Shown here: piece by piece, positions 10,390 through 19,494 of the stretch
Numbering within the stretch: position 1 is the first letter of the stretch
Layout: each line of letters opens with the position of its first letter
Source of the DNA: Candidatus Bathyarchaeota archaeon
Lineage (GTDB): Archaea > Thermoproteota > Bathyarchaeia > Bathyarchaeales > Bathycorpusculaceae
DNA length: 64,000 nt
NCBI GenBank assembly: GCA_963739305.1
Contig: CAVTZU010000015.1
Location: 1 to 64,000 of the forward strand
Direction of reading: 5' to 3'
Position numbers and translations under genes: made by a program
Notes under the pieces: generated by a model
Database searches by the model: none
The model's input: only the letters and a program-made list of their open reading frames with translations
Told to the model about the DNA's origin: nothing

Positions 10390-10496
10390 TCTCCTCGGAG
10401 ACATAAGCCTTCCCCTCATTTGAAATTCAAGAGGAAAAGCATGAAAGCATCACATACGCAAGCCAATCATAAATCTATGCGGAAGCTTGCTATTAG
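10390..10496 (+). promoter_or_regulatory. conserved non-coding leader upstream of int(N)
   Basis: first 50 nt are 43/50 identical to the minus-strand copy starting at 49338; two inverted repeats. Confidence 0.75.
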
Positions 10497-10564
10497 CATC
10501 ATATGAGGAAGGCATATTGTCTCCTCGTCCTCACAACGATAAATTGTGAAATCAGGTAATATAC

Positions 10565-10682
10565 ATGACATACCAAACAAACGAAAACAATTCTCGTAGA
10601 AGGTCCGACGAAGCTAGGAAAAATCCCGAAGAAGAAATACAGCAAAAACAAGAATTACTAAGGCTAAAGACAGGTTCAGTTG
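10565..10682 (+). CDS. integrase N-terminal fragment int(N)
   Basis: MTYQ...ELLRLKT-GSV; the GSV codons are the att core and match the GSV that begins int(C). Confidence 0.8.
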
Positions 10683-10688
10683 AACCTG
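10671..10688 (+). repeat. attR, perfect inverted repeat CAGGTTCA-GT-TGAACCTG
   Basis: direct repeat of 5009-5025; followed by the displaced host gene end AAACTATAA. Confidence 0.85.
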
Positions 10689-10789
10689 AAACTATAATCT
10701 TTGCCATGAGAACTGTAATATCTTGCCGGACGACATGCCAGTCGGTTTGGTCTTCTTCTCCAAGGTCTGATTACGTTCAACTTCTTGGC

Positions 10790-11515
10790 TCAGGTTTTGG
10801 CGAGATCTTTCAACGAGTCCACTTGCCACACAGAGAGGTAGAGTTCTTGTCTGAAGGTTTTTCCGGTGAATTCCTTCTTCAACAGTTTTAGCACTCGCAA
10901 GTTCACATCTTCTGGTATGTCCCAGTTGCTCGAATGGTTTCTCTGCTGCAGATTTGCAAGAGTTTCGTCCGCAAAAGTCTCGTATGAAGCTACGTACAAG
11001 GACTTTGTGGGTTCGATCACATCTCTCAGGTCCTGTTCTGATTTCCCCCGGTGAACACGTTCGTATCCTTGCTGTTTCAGAAGCTCATGATAAGCCTCTC
11101 TAACAGGGTCTCTAGAAGCAGCGTACAAGGAAATCATAGCATACCGACTCACTCGACAGATCTCTCCCAGAACCTTTTGCCATTCAGCTACTAGATGAAG
11201 GATATGAACGGCAACTGTGATGTCGAACGTCTTGTCTCTGAACGGAACCGAACGCACGTCGCCGAGAATCAAGTCTTTCACGCCTTTCTCCTTCGCCTTG
11301 CCCATCATTTTCCTGCTGATGTCAACTCCCACAACGTTGAATTCTGCTTTCTGCAACGGCTCGGCAAACCTACCCGTTCCAACCCCAACGTCAAGCACTG
11401 CCTTGCAGTCCTTAAGCTCCAACGTTAGAGCCTCAATCAGTCGGGCCATCACGTTGTTCGGTAAGGCACGGGTCTTGTCATAGACTTCTGCGACTCTGTC
11501 AAACGAAACGCTCAC
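10790..11515 (-). CDS. class I SAM-dependent methyltransferase
   Basis: VLDVGVGTG, GVDIS. Confidence 0.92.
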   Translation of the reverse strand: MSVSFDRVAEVYDKTRALPNNVMARLIEALTLELKDCKAVLDVGVGTGRFAEPLQKAEFNVVGVDISRKMMGKAKEKGVKDLILGDVRSVPFRDKTFDITVAVHILHLVAEWQKVLGEICRVSRYAMISLYAASRDPVREAYHELLKQQGYERVHRGKSEQDLRDVIEPTKSLYVASYETFADETLANLQQRNHSSNWDIPEDVNLRVLKLLKKEFTGKTFRQELYLSVWQVDSLKDLAKT

Positions 11516-11682
11516 AGTTACACCTCAACACTCTCAATATTATTGTAGACCACTTTTCGTACAGCGAAGAGGTCTACATTATTAGAATTTCCATCACTCC
11601 GACTCTTCTTTTTTGCGTTTCGCCAAGACAAAAATTGACTTGAAAAAACGTTTATCAAGCGGGCGATTATCACTTACCCGCT

Positions 11683-12054
11683 ATGAGCGACAAGGAATTA
11701 GCCGCGTTAAGGGAAAAGAAATTGCGGGAGCTTCAAAAGAAATTCGGCGAAAAACGAACCCAACCCCAACAGGTTAACAAAGATGACGTATTGAACAAGA
11801 TCTTCAAAGACAGAGCATGGGAAGTGTTCAACGCGGCGCTCAGTCAGTTCCCCGATGCTACAAGCAGGGTCAGAGAAGTGCTGGTGAAGCTTGCCTCATC
11901 CGGCAAACTGAAAGAGGTAACTGGCGAAGAACTTTTCGTTTTTCTGAGGAAACTGGGGCTAGACGTCAAATTGAACACGAAGATCACATATGCCAGCCAT
12001 GGACAACTCAGATCGCTTGAAGAAAAAATGAAGGAAGAACTGCAGAGGACCTGA
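11683..12054 (+). CDS. PDCD5-related DNA-binding protein
   Basis: DKELAALREKKLRELQ N-terminus; 123 aa. Confidence 0.7.
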   Translation: MSDKELAALREKKLRELQKKFGEKRTQPQQVNKDDVLNKIFKDRAWEVFNAALSQFPDATSRVREVLVKLASSGKLKEVTGEELFVFLRKLGLDVKLNTKITYASHGQLRSLEEKMKEELQRT

Positions 12055-12346
12055 TTGTCAAACAATGAATATTCGAAATACTGCCAGCAGGAAAATCATA
12101 TTTCTGTTGTGCGCTGCTTCTTTGATTGGTTGAGGGTTCGTTCAACTTCCAAAGACGAACAGAAGGCGTTCCCGCGAGTATCTTAGGGTCTCACGCACTC
12201 AGCTTTAGGGCGATATGGTCTCTTTCGTGTTCGTTGTTGGTGATGGTAATCGCATTCGTGAACGCGAACTACCATGAAACCATCATCCTGATATTCGCAG
12301 CCGCAAGGCAGCAGGTTTGTCTTCTTTGTCACAGTCTTCTCCAGCC

Positions 12347-13339
12347 TCACTTTGCCAGAAACTTGTAGACAGGATGTCCCTTGAACCTCAGTGTGGTTTC
12401 AGACCTCTCAACAGTCCCACTTGGCAACCTCATACAGATTGAATTTACAATTGCCCCTTCCGGAACGAATCGCACACCATCCAAAAGTTCACCTTTCGTC
12501 ACGCCTGAAGCCACAAAGACCAATTCATTTCCTTTGGCTAACTCATCTTCACAATAAGTCTTGTTGATATCTACACCTTCAATTGCAAGCCTTTTTGTCC
12601 GGTTCGGATCGTGCTTCTCGCCTTTCCAAACGTTCACGAGCATGGTGCCTCCCAAACATTTTATGGCCGTTGCAGCGATCGTCGCTTCAGGCCCCGCTCC
12701 AGCGCCCAGAAGAAGGTCAACGCCCGATCCTGGTCTGCACGTAACGACTGCTCCGGCAATATCACCGTCAGAAATCAGAATTATCCTCACGCCCATCTTC
12801 CTCAGGATCTTCAGAATTTCATTGTGTCGGTCACGCTCTAACATTATGACGGTGAAGTTCTCGAGGCGCAATCCCTTGCAATGGGCGACCGTTTGCACGA
12901 TCTCTTCCACCGACATGTCTAGGGAGATTTTTCCTTTCGAATTGTGATCTGTTGCTACTTTGAAGTAATATCCGTCGTCGGGAAGCACTTGGAAACAGCC
13001 AGACGGCGCACATGCCAAGGCTGAGATTGCGTCTTTTCTACCTTTGGAAGTAGCTGTTGTTCCGTCAACAGGATCAACCACGAACTCTACTTTTGGACCA
13101 TTTCCCGTTCCGACTTTCTCGCGACGTTCAAAGGCAGGCGCGTTGTCCTTTGGTCCTTCACACGCGATGACCTCGCCTTCAACGTCGGTCTGCGCTAGGA
13201 CGGCCCTTGAAAACTCAACAGCCTTTGCATCCACCAAATCAGGGTTGCCTTGTCCGATGTGTAGTGCCGCTCCCACTGAAGCGGCGACGGTGATTCTCGT
13301 TAAGGATGGCGCCAAAGCTCTGAGAGAAACCATAATCAC
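12347..13339 (-). CDS. glpX: class II fructose-1,6-bisphosphatase
   Basis: VDPVDGT, LERDRH, ISDGDIAGA, FVASGVT. Confidence 0.88.
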   Translation of the reverse strand: MIMVSLRALAPSLTRITVAASVGAALHIGQGNPDLVDAKAVEFSRAVLAQTDVEGEVIACEGPKDNAPAFERREKVGTGNGPKVEFVVDPVDGTTATSKGRKDAISALACAPSGCFQVLPDDGYYFKVATDHNSKGKISLDMSVEEIVQTVAHCKGLRLENFTVIMLERDRHNEILKILRKMGVRIILISDGDIAGAVVTCRPGSGVDLLLGAGAGPEATIAATAIKCLGGTMLVNVWKGEKHDPNRTKRLAIEGVDINKTYCEDELAKGNELVFVASGVTKGELLDGVRFVPEGAIVNSICMRLPSGTVERSETTLRFKGHPVYKFLAK

Positions 13340-13421
13340 ATCCCCGACCCTAATTACCTGTAATCTAACTAAAAACTTTTTTCATTGCGTCATATAGAAC
13401 CACTGTTCCAGTCGTGAGAAT

Positions 13422-14525
13422 CTACGTGTAGACTTTCAGCGGCTTTCCGAGAAGCATTTCGTCCATTTCTTCGACCCCTAAACCATGGGAAGCTGGAAAC
13501 ACCCTGTTCGATTTTTCCAGTCCAAGTCCTCCTTTCTTCACCAGCTTGTCCTTTTGCATCAGGTCTGAATCCAAGTCCGCATACTTGATGTTCCTCGTTC
13601 CGGCAGCCAAGTGGGCTGCAGCGGCAATGCCAAGTGAGGACTCGCTCATGCATCCAATCATGCAAGGGACTTCGGCGGATTCAGCAACTTCGGCTATCTT
13701 CCTGCCTTTGAGTATTCCCCCGCATTTCATCAGTTTGATGTTGATGAGATCCACCGCTTCAGCCTTTATTAGACGCATTGCGTCCTCAGGCGAGTGGACG
13801 CTTTCATCAGCCATGACGGGTATAGGTGAATTTTTCCGAACGGTCCTCAATCCCTTGATGTCGGAGGCTTTAACGGGTTGTTCGACAAACTGAACATCAA
13901 ACTCTTCAATCTTGTTCAAAACACGTATAGCTTGTTCAGTCGTCCATCCTTGGTTTGCGTCTATTCTAATTTGAACGTTGCAGCCAACAGCTTCACGAAT
14001 CAGTTTCACGCGCTCAACGTCTTCGTCAGGATCCAGTCCCACTTTGACTTTGATGGCTTTGAACCCTCTTTCAACGGCATCGGAGGCATCCTTGGCCATT
14101 TTATTCGGTGACTTTATGCTCATCGTCAAATCTGTGAGCACTTCAGTGCGAAAGCCACCAAGCAGCATGAACAGGGGTTTGTGAACTGTTTTTCCTAGTA
14201 TATCGTACAAAGCCATATCCACGGAGGCTTTTGCTGCGGGACTATTCTTGATCGTTGAGTCCACAACGTCAATGACTTGTTCGATTCTCAAGGGACACAT
14301 ACCAACGAGTTTGGGCGCAAACCTATCGATGGCTGTGATGACCGTCTCCCACGTTTCCCCGGTCACTCTCTTGGATGGCGAAGACTCACCCCACCCAATA
14401 ACGTCATAATCTGTGGTCACTTTCAGGATTACGTTTCTGGTTTCAAGCGTGGTCCCAGCGGATATGCGAAAAGGCTCCTTGTTTCTCAGAGTGGCGCAAT
14501 ACACTTCGATCCTTTTGATTCCCAA
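13422..14525 (-). CDS. dipeptide (L-Ala-D/L-Glu) epimerase, enolase superfamily
   Basis: KVKVG, DANQG, EQP, ADES, NIKLMK, DLD. Confidence 0.92.
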   Translation of the reverse strand: MGIKRIEVYCATLRNKEPFRISAGTTLETRNVILKVTTDYDVIGWGESSPSKRVTGETWETVITAIDRFAPKLVGMCPLRIEQVIDVVDSTIKNSPAAKASVDMALYDILGKTVHKPLFMLLGGFRTEVLTDLTMSIKSPNKMAKDASDAVERGFKAIKVKVGLDPDEDVERVKLIREAVGCNVQIRIDANQGWTTEQAIRVLNKIEEFDVQFVEQPVKASDIKGLRTVRKNSPIPVMADESVHSPEDAMRLIKAEAVDLINIKLMKCGGILKGRKIAEVAESAEVPCMIGCMSESSLGIAAAAHLAAGTRNIKYADLDSDLMQKDKLVKKGGLGLEKSNRVFPASHGLGVEEMDEMLLGKPLKVYT

Positions 14526-14576
14526 GTCATCATCCAGACTTGAGGCTGTTTCAGATGCCGAAAAGCTTTGCGGCGC

Positions 14577-15848
14577 CTACTCAGCTGGAACGGGTTTGCC
14601 TTTTCTTAGTCCTTTGAAACGGAGTTTTGCAGTCAGAATCTTCTCTGTCGCAAAGAGTCGCGATGCAATGTACATGACCACAAGCGTGAATACAGTCACG
14701 TAGACTATGCCGAGACCCGCAGTCAAATAGTCTCCAGTGGCGATTGCTTTGGATGCGAGGATTGGTTGACTGAAAGGAATTGCATAGAAAACTGCCCTGG
14801 CCCAGAAGGGCAACATGTTGATGTCCAAGTACATAAGCGCCAAGGCAGGAACGAACAGAAACGGATACACGTAACTGACGAGTGATTGTGCACTCCTCAC
14901 GTCTTGAGCAAAGGCAGACAGAATAACTGCTAGAGCTAGAGCCGAAAGAAGAGTCACAAATAACGAGACACCGAGGAGCAGATAACCGAAGGTTGAGGGA
15001 ACCAACCCCAGTGAGACCAGATCAACCGAAGGGGCTCCTGTTGAAATTGAACCTGTGAAGGACCCTATGTAATAACTGAAGCCGAACAAGTATGCAACTG
15101 CACCTATGCCTGCAACCACTATGGAACCCGAAACTTTTCCGGCGAGAATTGCGAAGCGGTCCATCGGCAAAGTCAACAGCGTCTCAAGAGTTTTCTCTTC
15201 TTTTTCCATAGCCACAGACGTTGCGGCGATCTGCATCGAATAGGTCAAGAGAATAATCATCGTAATAGGCAGGGCAAACGCTTGCGAAAGCACAAGACTT
15301 GAAAGCGCAGCTGCGCTGATGCCCTCAATAGGTTGACCTTTGACTATCACGGATGACTCTGGAACAAGTAGATTGGGCGCCAATTGTCTGTTGTACAGTT
15401 CAAAATAAGAATTGATCACCGTGGATCCCACGCTCTCAAACAATCCGGAACCGGAGAATACGCTATAGAACTTCACGTCCGCCGCAATTCCTCTTGTAAC
15501 GTTCTTGCTGAAATCTGCGGGAATTTCTATTATGCCCGTTGCGTTATTTTCTGACATCAAGGGAATTGCCTCAGTCACGTTTGAAACGTCCACTCGGATT
15601 GCCTTGACGTATCTGTTGAGAAAATCAATCAACTGCGTGGAGTTATTTCCCAGGTCATGGTTGACCACGAGCACCGTGGCCTTCTGAGCGCTTTCTTGAG
15701 CAGTCTGCACTGAAAAATTCATGATAAAACCCAGCACTGGAAACATGACCAACGGAACAACCAAGAACCCGACCAATATCTTCGGGTCTCTCATCAATTC
15801 TTTGAGTTCCTTCAGGAAAAAGGTGCCGTAGCCTTTAAGCAAAACCAA
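14577..15848 (-). CDS. ABC-2 permease (NatB-like)
   Basis: EKEEKTLETLLTLP; multiple TM segments. Confidence 0.9.
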   Translation of the reverse strand: MVLLKGYGTFFLKELKELMRDPKILVGFLVVPLVMFPVLGFIMNFSVQTAQESAQKATVLVVNHDLGNNSTQLIDFLNRYVKAIRVDVSNVTEAIPLMSENNATGIIEIPADFSKNVTRGIAADVKFYSVFSGSGLFESVGSTVINSYFELYNRQLAPNLLVPESSVIVKGQPIEGISAAALSSLVLSQAFALPITMIILLTYSMQIAATSVAMEKEEKTLETLLTLPMDRFAILAGKVSGSIVVAGIGAVAYLFGFSYYIGSFTGSISTGAPSVDLVSLGLVPSTFGYLLLGVSLFVTLLSALALAVILSAFAQDVRSAQSLVSYVYPFLFVPALALMYLDINMLPFWARAVFYAIPFSQPILASKAIATGDYLTAGLGIVYVTVFTLVVMYIASRLFATEKILTAKLRFKGLRKGKPVPAE

Positions 15849-16599
15849 CCACCTTAGCGAAAACTTCCTCGAGGTTCACGCTTCCAAACTTGTCCTTGAG
15901 TTCCTGCGGTTTCCCCTCAGCAACTATTTTTCCCTTGTCTAACAAAGCAACACGTTGACACAGATATTCAACTTCCAGCATATTATGACTGGAGATGACG
16001 AAAGCGACGTTTTTTTCCGTCGCATAACGCTTGACTATCTCTCTAACATGATACGACTGCAACACGTCCAAACCGCTAGTAGGCTCATCCAAAACCGCAA
16101 GCTTCGGCCTAGTCATCAAAGCCCTTGCAACGAGCAGACGACGCTTCATACCCTTGCTATAGGTCTTTGCCCTATCCTTCAATCGATCACCCAACCCGCA
16201 AATCCCTGCCGCTTCGTTCACCATCCGATGAACCTCATCTCTTCCTTTTGCCGTGAAACGAGCCATGAATTCAAGATACTCGCGTCCGCTCAGGTTGGGA
16301 TACGGACCGGCCTCTTCAGGAAGATAGGAAAGTATCTTGCGCACCTCGGCAGCCTGCCTGAACACGTCCAGATCAAAAATCCTCACGGTGCCCGAAGTGG
16401 GTAGCAGGAGTGTTGAGACTATCCTCAATGCCGTCGTCTTACCTGCGCCGTTCGGACCGATTAGCCCGAAGACTTCGCCCGGGCTTACAGTGAAACTCAG
16501 ACCGTCCAATGCCCGTATATTACCGAACACTTTCACAACCGATTCGGCGTCAACTGCAGCAGTCATTGTCTTAACCGTCGAAACGGCTATAGCAATCAA
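15835..16599 (-). CDS. ABC transporter ATP-binding protein (NatA-like)
   Basis: GPNGAGKT, YSKGM, LDEPT. Confidence 0.93.
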   Translation of the reverse strand: MIAIAVSTVKTMTAAVDAESVVKVFGNIRALDGLSFTVSPGEVFGLIGPNGAGKTTALRIVSTLLLPTSGTVRIFDLDVFRQAAEVRKILSYLPEEAGPYPNLSGREYLEFMARFTAKGRDEVHRMVNEAAGICGLGDRLKDRAKTYSKGMKRRLLVARALMTRPKLAVLDEPTSGLDVLQSYHVREIVKRYATEKNVAFVISSHNMLEVEYLCQRVALLDKGKIVAEGKPQELKDKFGSVNLEEVFAKVVGFA

Positions 16600-16715
16600 A
16601 GATTAAAAACTTGACTCCCAGGATTCTTCGAACACTTTCCGTGGTTGATGGCAAGCTTTAAATTTCTACGAAAAGCTTGTTTCATTTTGCTCAATACTGA
16701 AGGCGACAGATAAGC

Positions 16716-17213
16716 ATGAGCTTGCCAAAGGTGAAGTTCACAGAAATTTCACAGGTAGCTGTAGTCGTCAAGGACTTGAAGAAAACCATCGAGAATTACT
16801 GGAGAATGCTCGGTCTGGGCCCCTGGTCAATCTACACCTTTGCCCCGCCGGACCTCAAGGAAATGATGTTGCATGGAAAACCGACCTCATACTCGATGAG
16901 ATTTGCCGAAACCACAGTAGGAAGTGTCATAATTGAAGTAATCGAGCCACTGGAAGGCCCCAGCATATACAGACAGTTTCTGGAACAGAAAGGTGGAGGT
17001 CCCCACCACATTGCCTGCTACAAGGTGCCAGATGTCCAAGAAGCCTTGACAAACTTCAAGAAAATGGGGATTGAAATTCTTCAGAGCGGCAAATTTGACG
17101 AAGTCGAATTCTATTATCTTGACACCGAAAGAACGCTTGGCGTCATAACGGAAATAGTGAAAGATGGCAAGATTAGGCCTCCAGAGGCATGGTATCCCGC
17201 TGAGAAAGAGTAG
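16716..17213 (+). CDS. VOC family (methylmalonyl-CoA epimerase-like) protein
   Basis: QVAVVVKDL, IEVIEP, GPHHIA, FYYLDT. Confidence 0.88.
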   Translation: MSLPKVKFTEISQVAVVVKDLKKTIENYWRMLGLGPWSIYTFAPPDLKEMMLHGKPTSYSMRFAETTVGSVIIEVIEPLEGPSIYRQFLEQKGGGPHHIACYKVPDVQEALTNFKKMGIEILQSGKFDEVEFYYLDTERTLGVITEIVKDGKIRPPEAWYPAEKE

Positions 17214-17221
17214 ACAACAAG

Positions 17222-18247
17222 CTAGCTGACGATTTCTTTAACTGTCTTGATTATCCGTTCCTCGTCAGGTATCACGACTTTTTCAAGCGCAGGACTGTAA
17301 GGAATCGGAACGTTTGGTGTTGCAACACGCCTGATCGGACAGTCCAAATAGAACAACCCTTCCTCAGCAACAATCGCCGCAACTTCGGAAGCAAAGCCGC
17401 ATCTTTCGTAGTCTTCGTCCACGATGATGAGTTTAGAGGTTTTCTTTACCGATTCAAGGATAGTCTTCTTGTCCAACGGAACTATTGTCCTTGGATCTAC
17501 TATCTCTATACTTATGCCTTCACATTCGAGTTTCTTCGCTGCGCTGAGGGCCTTGTGCACCATCAAGGACGTTGCCACGACCGTAACGTCTTTTCCTTCC
17601 CTCTTGATTTCTGATTTTCCGAAAGGCACCGTGTAGGGTTCTTCTGGAACGGGTCCTTTGACCGAAGTGTACAAACCCTTATGCTCGAAGAACATCACGG
17701 GATCCTCATCTCTGATTGCCGTTGCCAACAACCCTTTTGCATCGTATGGCGTTGAAGGAACAACAATTTTCAGTCCTGGCACATGTGCGAAAATAGAGTA
17801 TAGACATTGAGAGTGTTGAGCTGCAAAACCAAACCCAGCGCCTATCACCGTTCTTATGACCATCGGAACCTTCGCTTGCCCGCCGAACATATATCGCATT
17901 TTAGCTGCCTGGTTGAAAATCTGATCCATGCAGACGCCGAAAAAGTCCACAAACATCAACTCAACCACAGGGTGCAATCCTGTAGCTGCTGCCGTCGCTG
18001 CCGCTCCGATAAAACCTGCTTCCGAAATTGGAGTGTCTCTCACCCTTTCAGGACCGAATTTCTTCACGAATTTCTCGGCAGGAGTCACGCCGAATGGACC
18101 GCCGCCGTAAAAAACTTGAAGGTCTTCACCCATCAAAAAGACCTTGTCGTTCCTTTCCATCTCCTGCATCAATGCTTCGGTTATAGCTTCCTTGAACGTC
18201 AGTTCCCTTTCCTCTTTTCTCTCAGCCATGCTCTTCGCACTCCTCAA
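17222..18247 (-). CDS. TPP-dependent acetoin/2-oxoacid dehydrogenase E1 beta
   Basis: MGED, DTPISE, AQHSQ, FFEHK. Confidence 0.93.
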   Translation of the reverse strand: MRSAKSMAERKEERELTFKEAITEALMQEMERNDKVFLMGEDLQVFYGGGPFGVTPAEKFVKKFGPERVRDTPISEAGFIGAAATAAATGLHPVVELMFVDFFGVCMDQIFNQAAKMRYMFGGQAKVPMVIRTVIGAGFGFAAQHSQCLYSIFAHVPGLKIVVPSTPYDAKGLLATAIRDEDPVMFFEHKGLYTSVKGPVPEEPYTVPFGKSEIKREGKDVTVVATSLMVHKALSAAKKLECEGISIEIVDPRTIVPLDKKTILESVKKTSKLIIVDEDYERCGFASEVAAIVAEEGLFYLDCPIRRVATPNVPIPYSPALEKVVIPDEERIIKTVKEIVS

Positions 18248-19218
18248 TAGTAGGGGCTAACGAACACATCTTTCAGCGCCTCTTCAGGTCTAGGCCATGG
18301 ACTTTCGTCCGCAAATTTCACCGCTGCTTCTATCAATTTCTGAACATCGCCCTCAGCCGTGCAAGCCTCGTTTTCAGTCAGAAATCCTTTTTCGATCAGA
18401 TCCTTCCTGAACTTTTGAATAGCATCCTTCTTCTTCCATTCCGCAACTTCGGTTTCGCTCCTGTAGGTCGTCCATGGATCACCTTCCTCATGTCCAAGAT
18501 ACCTGTAAGTCTTGCATTCCAGAAGAACTGGTCCTTGACCAGCCCTAGCGCTTGCGGCTGCCTCCTCAGTGGCTTCATGCACAGCCAGCACATCCATTCC
18601 GTCCACCACTCTTCCCTGAACGCCATAAGCCACCGCTCTGTCTGCAACGTTCTTGACGAGCATAACTTTCGCTGTGGGAGTCGACTCGGCGTACTGATTG
18701 TTTTCGCAGACAAACAAAACTGGTAGACGCCAGATCGCTGCGAGATTCATCGATTCGTGGAACGTGCCTTGATTAGAAGCGCCATCTCCAAAAAACACGA
18801 CGGCAACTTGATTCGTTTTGCGCATTTTGATAGAAAGCCCCGCGCCGACTGCAAGTGGCAAGCCTCCTCCCACTATTGCGCTTGCACCAAGCATTCCGAC
18901 GCTGAAATCAGCAAGGTGCATAGAACCTCCTTTGCCCTTGCACACCCCAGTCTCGCGACCGAAAAGCTCCGCCATCATGCCTTTGACGTTAACGCCCAAG
19001 GCGATGCAGTGACCGTGACCTCGATGATTGCTAAGCACGTAATCACCCTTCTTCAATGCCGAGCACACTCCTACTGGAACGGCTTCTTCCCCGATGCTCA
19101 GGTGAAGCGCCCCTACAATCTTGCCTTGTGCGAATAAATCCTTGACCTTATATTCGAAAGTTCTGATCGTAAGCATTTTCGTGTAGATATCAATCAATTT
19201 CTCTTTGTTTAGAACCAC
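18244..19218 (-). CDS. TPP-dependent acetoin/2-oxoacid dehydrogenase E1 alpha
   Basis: HRGHGH, GKGGSMH, GDGA...ENNQY. Confidence 0.93.
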   Translation of the reverse strand: MVLNKEKLIDIYTKMLTIRTFEYKVKDLFAQGKIVGALHLSIGEEAVPVGVCSALKKGDYVLSNHRGHGHCIALGVNVKGMMAELFGRETGVCKGKGGSMHLADFSVGMLGASAIVGGGLPLAVGAGLSIKMRKTNQVAVVFFGDGASNQGTFHESMNLAAIWRLPVLFVCENNQYAESTPTAKVMLVKNVADRAVAYGVQGRVVDGMDVLAVHEATEEAAASARAGQGPVLLECKTYRYLGHEEGDPWTTYRSETEVAEWKKKDAIQKFRKDLIEKGFLTENEACTAEGDVQKLIEAAVKFADESPWPRPEEALKDVFVSPYY

Positions 19219-19494
19219 CTAGATCGCTCCCAGCTTCGACATACCTCGATTTTTGTCACGGTTTAACCTTGAAATGAAGAGCTTTTATAAGTTTTGTGAG
19301 CTCTGAAAGAACCAAGACCAAACCTGGCATCATTCTCGTCTAGACTTGAGCAATCCGTCAAGAACTCTGAGCTGCGACTCTTTGCATTTGACTCATAAAT
19401 GACTCCAGCATTTGACAGGCCCTTGGCTAATGAATTCTATGTGTCCAAGAGAACAACCGACTTTGTCTAGGTTTAGATTAGAAAAGGGCCGGAA

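Larger units (their letters stand above)
5009..10687 (+). mobile_element. ~5.66-kb integrated element with split (SSV1-style) tyrosine integrase
   Basis: 17-bp direct repeat at both ends; int(C) starts in the left repeat and int(N) ends in the right repeat in the same frame. Confidence 0.88.

Noticed and set aside
10683-10891. Remainder of the 108-aa ORF at 10565
   Set aside because: Read-through past attR into host DNA, overlapping the methyltransferase antisense
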